Assembly (NCBI GenBank): GCA_017477185.1
Contig: JAFUXF010000021.1
Span: 267-64,266, forward strand
DNA: 64,000 nt
Origin: Alphaproteobacteria bacterium
Lineage (GTDB): Bacteria > Pseudomonadota > Alphaproteobacteria > RF32 > CAG-239
Direction: 5' to 3'
The notes under the pieces were generated by a model. That model saw nothing but the letters and a program-made list of their open reading frames with translations, did no database searches and was not told the origin of the DNA. Positions 58,387 through 64,000 of the stretch are shown here, one piece after another. Every line of letters begins with the position of its first letter. Within the stretch, counting starts at the first letter, position 1. A program made the position numbers and the translations under genes.

Positions 58387-58579
58387 TTAACAAAAAAGCC
58401 TCCTAAACGGAGGTTTTTTTGTTAATGCGTATCGGGGATAGGGAAAGGACTTACGACATGATTGCGTAAGCAATCCGTAAGTCCGGAGCTGAGGTCGCCG
58501 AGTGTTTTAAGTGCGAGGCGGATGAAGCCGACAATGAGCAAACTTTTTTGCGAATTGTCATTCGAATTCAGCGGCACCA
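58387..58579 (+). repeat. tRNA-Thr-linked block 1 (193 bp)
   Basis: It starts right after CCA with a terminator hairpin GCCTCC-TAAAC-GGAGG plus T7. GTTAATGCGTATCGGGGATA follows. Nested hairpins are GGACTTACG...CGTAAGTCC and GACAAT-GA-GCAAA-CTTT-TTTGC-GA-ATTGTC. It ends in TTCAGCGGCACCA. Confidence 0.9.
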
Positions 58580-58761
58580 TTAACAAAAAAGCCTCCTAAA
58601 CGGAGGTTTTTTTGTTAATGCGTATCGGGGATAAGAAAAGGATTTACGGGGGCATTGTTAAGTCCGGAGCTGAAGTCGCCGAGCCTTTTAAGTGTGAGGC
58701 GGATGAAGCCGACAATGAGCAAACTTTTTTTGCGAATTGTCATTCGAATTCAGCGGCACCA
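58580..58761 (+). repeat. tRNA-Thr-linked block 2 (182 bp), tandem copy of block 1
   Basis: Same order of parts as block 1, with scattered substitutions. It lacks the inner GATTGC-GTAA-GCAATC hairpin. It ends in TTCAGCGGCACCA (58749-58761). Confidence 0.9.
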
Positions 58762-58769
58762 TTTTTGAA

Positions 58770-58797
58770 AAGGCACCTTTTTGGGTGCCTTTTTTTG
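58770..58797 (+). terminator. Intrinsic terminator (copy 1 of the putative native tRNA-Thr terminator)
   Basis: AGGCACC-TTTTTG-GGTGCCT is followed by T7. A near-identical sequence lies at 60984-61012. Confidence 0.7.
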
Positions 58798-59022
58798 ATA
58801 CGATAAATTGCAAACCAGCACACTACGAACGAAAGACAGGCAGGACTATGTCAGTCAGCAAAGGTTAATGAGTTAAGCGTTGCGGATCCGTTCCTGTCTA
58901 GTGCAACGATTAAAAATACCATTTTTATAAAATTCAATCAGGTTTTGAGTAGGCTTTACTTTAAAATTTTATAGTATATAGTGCTGGTGTCTAAAATAGT
59001 TATTATAAAAAATGATATTATC

Positions 59023-59460
59023 ATGGAACAGATTATTATTTCTTTAAGAGAAAAGTATTTCGAGCAGATTCGGAGAGGCGAAAAGCACTTTGAATACAGA
59101 AAATCCTTTAAAAATTTCAAAGGTAAGATCAAAGCTTATATTTACGTAAGCAAGCCGGTCGCTAAAGTGTATTCCTATGTGATATTAAGCGAAGGGATAT
59201 ATGATTCGATACCTAATATTTTGGATAAGGTCGTCTCGAAAGATCAAGTTGATATGTTGGACGAAATCCGAGAGTATCTGAAAGGCCCAAAGAAGAACAA
59301 GAAATTTGGAATTGCCTTACCTATTGTCGAATTTAAGGAGTTTAAACCGCAAAATCTGAGGTATTTGCAAAAGCGTTTCGACTTCCAGCCCTCTCCAACA
59401 TGGATTGAAGAAAGAGAATATCCTGAGTTATTTGAATACCTGGATAGTATCTCTCGATAA
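59023..59460 (+). CDS. ASCH/PUA-like domain protein
   Basis: The N-terminus IIISLREKYFEQIRRGEKHFEYRKSF matches the ASCH-type beta-barrel start. Later, VYSYVILSE is present. Confidence 0.6.
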   Translation: MEQIIISLREKYFEQIRRGEKHFEYRKSFKNFKGKIKAYIYVSKPVAKVYSYVILSEGIYDSIPNILDKVVSKDQVDMLDEIREYLKGPKKNKKFGIALPIVEFKEFKPQNLRYLQKRFDFQPSPTWIEEREYPELFEYLDSISR

Positions 59461-59465
59461 AAATT

Positions 59466-59498
59466 AAAGGAGCTTAGATGTAAGCTCCTTTAGTTTTT
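59466..59498. terminator. Bidirectional terminator between convergent ASCH and GNAT genes
   Basis: A perfect 10-bp stem AAGGAGCTTA-GATG-TAAGCTCCTT is followed by TAGTTTTT. Confidence 0.65.
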
Positions 59499-60029
59499 GC
59501 CACGGCGCAGTTTGCTTGCCAGTAAGGCTGGTAAAATATCTGTTTTCAGAATTTCAGTCGCTTTATTGTTAAAATAATTTTCGGTGTCTTTTTCTTGGTA
59601 AGCACCCTTCTTTCTGTATGAAAAAGTAAAGTTGTTCTTATCTAATAATCTCTGTAATTGAGAGAGATTTCTGTTTGAAACGGTTATCAGCGGCTTATCT
59701 GTTTTTAAGACTTCGCAGCTTTTTTGCATTAACACACTGGCTATGCCGTTGCCTCGGCAATCTTCCCTTACAAATAAGCAACAAATTTTCTTTTCATCTT
59801 CTGTATCCTTTAGTAGGGATACGCCCATGGGGTGGCTTAAATCATGTTCATTACATACGACAACCATTTTTCTGGAACCATCTTTTAAGCCGGGAAAAAA
59901 TTTTTCACGCAACCAAGTATCATGTTGAGGATATGTGTCATTGAGTGATTTAGTGAGTTCGGCTATACCTTGGTATAAATCTTTATGTTGAGAAGACCAG
60001 TAGTCAATTATTTTTATGTTGTAATTCAT
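59490..60029 (-). CDS. GNAT-family N-acetyltransferase
   Basis: The ATG at 60029 has an AAGGGA RBS. The acetyl-CoA motif region is LFVREDCRGNGIASVLMQKSCE. Confidence 0.75.
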   Translation of the reverse strand: MNYNIKIIDYWSSQHKDLYQGIAELTKSLNDTYPQHDTWLREKFFPGLKDGSRKMVVVCNEHDLSHPMGVSLLKDTEDEKKICCLFVREDCRGNGIASVLMQKSCEVLKTDKPLITVSNRNLSQLQRLLDKNNFTFSYRKKGAYQEKDTENYFNNKATEILKTDILPALLASKLRRGKN

Positions 60030-60103
60030 ATTATTCCCTTTACAAGTGCTAATTTTGTCTATATTATACATTAATAGTGTTCGATATTGCAAGGAATTTA
60101 TTG

Positions 60104-60436
60104 ATGCATAAGCTAAACGTTAAAGAAAAATATTATAATATGTTAAAATCTGGTACCAAAACCATAGAGTTGCGCTTGTTTGATGAAAAACGCAGAAAGA
60201 TTAAAGTTGGTGATACCATTGAGTTTTCAAATAATTCAGATGCCGATGATAAATTTACGGCACAAGTTATAAATTTACATAGAGCAAGTAACTTTGTGGA
60301 ACTTTGTAAAAGTATCAACTGCCGTAATGCCGGTTTTCCTTCTAATGAAGAGCTTATTGATGTTTTGGAAGAGTTTTATTCCAGAGACAGGCAGAGAGAA
60401 TTTGGCGTGGTTGGTATCGAAATTCAGAAGAAGTGA
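60104..60436 (+). CDS. ASCH domain protein
   Basis: The ATG at 60104 has AAGGAA 7 nt upstream. MHKLNVKEKYYNMLKSGTKTIELRLFDEKRRKIKVGDTIEF is present, and the C-terminus has GVVGIEI. Confidence 0.75.
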   Translation: MHKLNVKEKYYNMLKSGTKTIELRLFDEKRRKIKVGDTIEFSNNSDADDKFTAQVINLHRASNFVELCKSINCRNAGFPSNEELIDVLEEFYSRDRQREFGVVGIEIQKK

Positions 60437-60457
60437 AAGGACAAGCAAGAAGCAATA

Positions 60458-60493
60458 CAAAATATGATGCTTTTTCAAAATATGATGCTTTTT
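60458..60493 (+). repeat. Perfect 18-bp tandem duplication
   Basis: CAAAATATGATGCTTTTT occurs twice in tandem. Confidence 0.9.
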
Positions 60494-60594
60494 CTATAGC
60501 TATGCAAAATAAAGGGAATACAGGAAAATAAGATTTATAGGTTGAGAATGCAATCAATCCTATCTTTCAACACTTTACATTCTTGTGTATGTTG

Positions 60595-60625
60595 AGTCCG
60601 ATAATCGCATAACAAAAGCGCACCA
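60595..60625 (+). repeat. Decayed copy of the tRNA-Thr 3' portion (T-loop to CCA)
   Basis: AGTCCGATaatcgcataacaaaAGCGCACCA compares with tRNA AGTCCGATTCTTTTCAGCGGCACCA. TTAACAAAAAGC follows, as it does after the real tRNA. Confidence 0.5.
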
Positions 60626-60975
60626 TTAACAAAAAGCTTCTTACTCGTAAGCTCATTGTCATTCGCTAACTCGTTTCGGTCACTCGTTTTCTAATTTCGC
60701 TGTGCTTCGATTACTCTCGCTTGCTCAATAAGAAAACTTCGCCTGTCGTTAAAAATTGCTCATTAAAGAGCAATTTTTTGCCTCCAGCCTTAAAGGTGGG
60801 TTTTTTGTTAATGCGTATCGGAGATAAGAAGAGAACTTACGGGGGGTGTTAAGTCCGACGGAGCAGTTTGGCTATATTCAAACTGCGTAGGACGAGGCGC
60901 AATGCGTCCGAGGTCTTGAGCGTAAGCGAAAGATGCGCGGTGTGAAACGCGCGCACCTTCTTATCAGCGGCACCA
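60626..60975 (+). repeat. tRNA-Thr-linked block 4 (350 bp, composite)
   Basis: The left ~155 bp loosely resemble the tRNA-Ala insert (CTAACTCGTTTCGGTCAC vs CTAACTTCGCTTCGGTCAAG). From 60807, GTTAATGCGTATCGGAGATAAG begins a diverged copy of the block 1/2 core with GC-rich hairpins. It ends in CAGCGGCACCA (60965-60975). Confidence 0.75.
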
Positions 60976-60983
60976 TTTTATAA

Positions 60984-61012
60984 AAGGCACCTTTTGAGGT
61001 GCTTTTTGTTTT
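60984..61012 (+). terminator. Intrinsic terminator (copy 2 of the putative native tRNA-Thr terminator)
   Basis: AAGGCACC-TTTTGA-GGTGCTT is followed by a T run. Confidence 0.65.
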
Positions 61013-61122
61013 TGTGGGGCTGAATCACATAAAGTCCGATTGTGTGGTTTTTGAAAATGGCTGTTTTTTTATAATTTATCGGACTTTTTATTGACTTAAC
61101 GGCTGTTTTATATTAAATCTGT

Positions 61123-61866
61123 ATGGGTAAGGACATGAAAATTAAAAATCTTATTTCTATCATAACTGTGTGTAAGAATGAACCTTTTATAAACGATACT
61201 TGCAAAAGTATAGTTAATCAATCTTGTCAGAATTTTGAGTGGATTATTGTTGATGGGGCATCAACAGATGAGACTTTAGAAAAATTGACAAAATACAAAC
61301 AGCGAGCAGATGTATTTATTTCAGAGCCGGATAATGGTGTTTATTCTGCTATGAATAAAGGAATTAGGCATGCAAACGGAAAATATTTGTTATTTATGAA
61401 CGGAGGAGATTTATTTTATAATACGGAAGTGGTTAAATTAATGATGCCTTATTTAAATAAGGGGAAAGCTGATGTTTTTTATGGTGATTCATATAGGTTA
61501 TTCGAAAATGAAAAAGACTGCTTTGTCAAGATATATCCGGATGAAATTACAAAATCTTTCTTTTTAACCAACACATTAGCACATCAATCATCATTTATAA
61601 AAAGAGAACTTTTTGAAAAATATGGCGAATATAGAGAAGATTTCACCATTGTCAGTGACAAAGAAAAGTGGCTAAAATTCATAGATAATGGTGTAAAATT
61701 CTGCCACATTCCTCAGGTATTATCCCGTTTTCGCATGAATGGAAAATCTCAGCAGCAAACGTCTATTCTTAAAGCAGAAAAGAAAAAAATGTTAGAAGAA
61801 TATTTTCCAAAAAATCAGCTTTATAACACTGAGATACCTTATTTGCAAAATGTCTTTGATAGATAA
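61123..61866 (+). CDS. Family 2 glycosyltransferase
   Basis: ISIITVCKNEPFINDTCKSIVNQSCQNFEWIIVDGASTDETL is present. An alternative start is at 61135. Confidence 0.8.
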   Translation: MGKDMKIKNLISIITVCKNEPFINDTCKSIVNQSCQNFEWIIVDGASTDETLEKLTKYKQRADVFISEPDNGVYSAMNKGIRHANGKYLLFMNGGDLFYNTEVVKLMMPYLNKGKADVFYGDSYRLFENEKDCFVKIYPDEITKSFFLTNTLAHQSSFIKRELFEKYGEYREDFTIVSDKEKWLKFIDNGVKFCHIPQVLSRFRMNGKSQQQTSILKAEKKKMLEEYFPKNQLYNTEIPYLQNVFDR

Positions 61867-61930
61867 AATAATTCCAGCATATACTCCAACTGCTTATAAT
61901 CATCATAATTTTCACTCCGATATGTGCATA

Positions 61931-62060
61931 GTAATGCGTATCGGGGATAGGGAAAGGACTTACGGAAGGTTGTTAAGTCCGGAGCTGAAGTCGCCGAGTG
62001 TTTTTTTTGCGAGGCAATTGAGACCAACAATGAGCTAACTTTGGTTTTTCTCGTCATGAC
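61931..62060 (+). repeat. Fourth, right-truncated copy of the GTTAATGCGTATCGGGGATA repeat family
   Basis: GTAATGCGTATCGGGGATAGGGAAAGGACTTACGG...TTAAGTCCGGAGCTGAAGTCGCCGAGTG...CAATGAGC. No tRNA 3' end follows it. Confidence 0.8.
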
Positions 62061-62234
62061 AGAGAAAACAACGCTTTTCTTTAATTAAGCATTTTATTTC
62101 ATCATACACTCATCATAATTGAGCCTAAAAATATTATCATACATTTTTTATTTTTCGCTTAATGTATTTTATCTTCTACATTGACTTTTTATAAAAATCT
62201 TTTAGAGTATTTATAAACAAAATCGGGGGCTGCT

Positions 62235-62780
62235 GTGGAAAGTTATGTTCGCAATACCTTACAGATAAATGAAAATGTTCTGATGGAGCCTAAATTACAT
62301 TGGGCAATTTATTTGGACACTTATTTTCAGCTTTCTCTTTTATATCTTATCTGTTGCGAATTTTTGCATCCTTTTATTGTGCATACATTTCATTTTGGAG
62401 ATTTTTTCCACACTTCGCAAATGTATATCGGCGTGGCTATTTTATTGCGCATTATTTATCTGATTATTCGTTATTCTTCAATAGAAATGGCGGTTACTAA
62501 TTATCGCGTCGTTTATAAAATCGGTTTGATTAACATCTATACTGAAGAATTATCTAATGAAAAGTTAGAATCCGTTTCCGTTCGCCAGACAATTATGGGA
62601 CGTTTGCTTAACTATGGTGATATTATTTTTTCAGGTACCGGAACATCTCGTTTGGTTTTTAAGAAGGTTTATGCCCCTTGGTGGATAAAATCAAAAGCTG
62701 AAGATATTATAAGAGAAAGCTATATGCGGACGCATACGCCATCTTTCAGTACAGCTTTACATTCTCGAGATTATTATTGA
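62235..62780 (+). CDS. Bacterial PH-domain (bPH_2/YdbS-like) membrane protein
   Basis: GTG start. Two TM segments are followed by VTNYRVVYKIGLINIYTEELSNEKLESVSVRQTIMGRLLNYGDIIFSGTG. Confidence 0.6.
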   Translation: MESYVRNTLQINENVLMEPKLHWAIYLDTYFQLSLLYLICCEFLHPFIVHTFHFGDFFHTSQMYIGVAILLRIIYLIIRYSSIEMAVTNYRVVYKIGLINIYTEELSNEKLESVSVRQTIMGRLLNYGDIIFSGTGTSRLVFKKVYAPWWIKSKAEDIIRESYMRTHTPSFSTALHSRDYY

Positions 62781-62782
62781 TG

Positions 62783-64000
62783 TTATCTATCTATTACCGG
62801 TAGAATTCTTTTTATTTGAGCAAAACGTTCTTTGGCATAGTCTTTGGTTTCCTTAATCGCTTTATTGACTTTTGCTACTTTAACATTACGCGCAATTTTG
62901 TCTTCGTAGGCCTGTTTTCCTTTTTGTATACGAATTTGCTCCAGCTCATCAAGATGCATGGCTTCCTTTTTCTTAGTTTCTACCAACTGGTTAAATTCTT
63001 GATAATCACTGAGAAGAATTCTTATCAAAATTTCTTTCTCTCGCTTAAACAAATAAGGATAAAAATCTATATCTATATTTAGCTTTTTGTCGCGAATGTG
63101 CATTTTATCAGCAAGAACTCTCATGTGTTTAAGTGTATCACGCTGTACTGCATTGATATTAGAATATTGACTTTTGTGCATCTCTTTGGTTTTGGCTATA
63201 TTTTTTTTGTAATAAAGCCGAAATTTGTCTTGCATCCAAGCATCAAAAACCGTGTTTGCAATATAATCAATTTCCTTTTCATTTATTTCTTCTTCTGTAG
63301 GTTTTAAAACTCCTGATGATACCGCTTCTTTATATTTTTTGAAACGAGATGTTATCCTGTTAATATCCTTACCGTTTCGTAAATAATTATAGCGTTGCGT
63401 TAGACATTGTTTGATATTTGCAATAATTTCATCCCAAAAAAGTTCCGCAACTGTTAACTCCGGACTTTGCCCTAACTGCCCGATATTTGTCGGATTATCT
63501 AAATCATCCCCCGGAGAAGCGTTGGTGTTATGTTGATCTTCATGAGCTTCCGTTGCATTATATTCATCATTAAATTTATCGACAGCATAGTCTCTTTTAC
63601 CTTCTAAGGGTTCAAATTGGGTAATTTGCGTACCTCCCGGATAATTATGTCCAAGAGCAGGCATTTTGGGGAGTTTTTTATGATATTTATCATAATAGCA
63701 ATAACCGCTTTTTGATTGTTGCTGAGGTGTTTTCAGATAAAAAATCGTATCTTTTTTCAAATACCTGTTTTTTTGATTATTGCGCCATTCTTGACCCTTT
63801 GAACGATTATATTTATGCACAAAATCTGATAAATCCATTAAATTGTGCGCTTTTTTCTCTTTATCTATGTACAGCCACCGATCTTTGTAGTAGCGAACAT
63901 TTTCATAAAACTCTTGTAAAGGAATTTTTTGACCTTTGTACACGACGACACTATTGGCAAATTCTTGCGTATTAATTTTATTAAGTTCATATAAGGCATA
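62783..64000 (-). CDS. Hypothetical Lys/Tyr/Asn-rich protein, N-terminus probably outside the window
   Basis: The track starts it at GTG 63943. The same frame stays open to position 64000 (…YALYELNKINTQEFANSVVV-YKGQ…). No recognisable domain was found. Confidence 0.5.
   Translation of the reverse strand, partial: YALYELNKINTQEFANSVVVYKGQKIPLQEFYENVRYYKDRWLYIDKEKKAHNLMDLSDFVHKYNRSKGQEWRNNQKNRYLKKDTIFYLKTPQQQSKSGYCYYDKYHKKLPKMPALGHNYPGGTQITQFEPLEGKRDYAVDKFNDEYNATEAHEDQHNTNASPGDDLDNPTNIGQLGQSPELTVAELFWDEIIANIKQCLTQRYNYLRNGKDINRITSRFKKYKEAVSSGVLKPTEEEINEKEIDYIANTVFDAWMQDKFRLYYKKNIAKTKEMHKSQYSNINAVQRDTLKHMRVLADKMHIRDKKLNIDIDFYPYLFKREKEILIRILLSDYQEFNQLVETKKKEAMHLDELEQIRIQKGKQAYEDKIARNVKVAKVNKAIKETKDYAKERFAQIKRILPVIDR

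Noticed and set aside
58154-58393. Upstream part of track ORF 57998-58393.
   Set aside because: It runs antisense through tRNA-Thr and its promoter. Only the last 51 codons have an RBS and were kept as a tentative small CDS.
58387-58761. Could the regularly spaced repeats behind tRNA-Thr be a CRISPR array?
   Set aside because: The period is about 185 bp with nearly the whole unit repeated, so there is no short-repeat and unique-spacer structure. No cas genes are present. The units contain tRNA 3' ends.
58612-58806. 64-aa ORF inside tRNA-Thr block 2, and the similar ORF 61850-62038. Both translate MRIGD.ER.Y.
   Set aside because: The shared peptide comes from the repeated DNA element. The frames are not maintained across all four copies, there is no RBS, and terminator hairpins are inside them.

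Overview
This 64-kb window looks like chromosomal DNA from a low-GC alphaproteobacterium. That is an inference from gene content and order (lpxC-bamD-recN-gltX, mraZ-rsmH-ftsL-ftsI, fliL-fliM-DUF6468-motE), possibly a host-associated lineage.

Most of the window is core housekeeping:
- nagA, alr, serS, gltX, recN, bamD, lpxC, RNase P RNA, the start of the dcw cluster, dtd, uvrB, murA
- a Bat/aerotolerance operon
- a flagellar fliL-fliM block
- tRNA-Ala(GGC) and tRNA-Thr(GGU)

Accessory or unusual material sits at three places.

1. **Left end (1-6.8 kb).** An envelope-glycan operon encodes a GT2 glycosyltransferase, a pyruvyl-transferase fused to a radical-SAM/SPASM domain, and a phosphoethanolamine-transferase-like protein. 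A kinase-pyrophosphatase fusion lies next to it.
2. **12.3-19.5 kb.**
   - a compact divergent MetK paralog next to a 4-Cys TSCPD protein
   - an 880-bp ORF-poor gap with two intrinsic terminators
   - a 743-aa Lys/Trp-rich orphan
   - an orphan HydF-like GTPase
3. **Right end (58.3-64 kb).** tRNA-Thr is followed by a stacked array of short blocks (193 bp, 182 bp, about 1.86 kb, 350 bp). Each block ends in a new copy of the tRNA 3' end. A roughly 150-nt hairpin-rich repeat family occurs in four copies. An ASCH-GNAT-ASCH islet and a GT2 cassette are embedded in the array.

tRNA-Ala shows the same footprint on a smaller scale. No integrase, transposase, reverse transcriptase or CRISPR array is visible.

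My best candidate for something undescribed is the tRNA-3'-end-linked mini-element array together with the ASCH-GNAT-ASCH module it carries. The pyruvyl-transferase/radical-SAM fusion is second.

All protein calls rest on motif recognition by eye in the supplied translations. No database search was run, and start codons are my best choice from RBS and overlap context.
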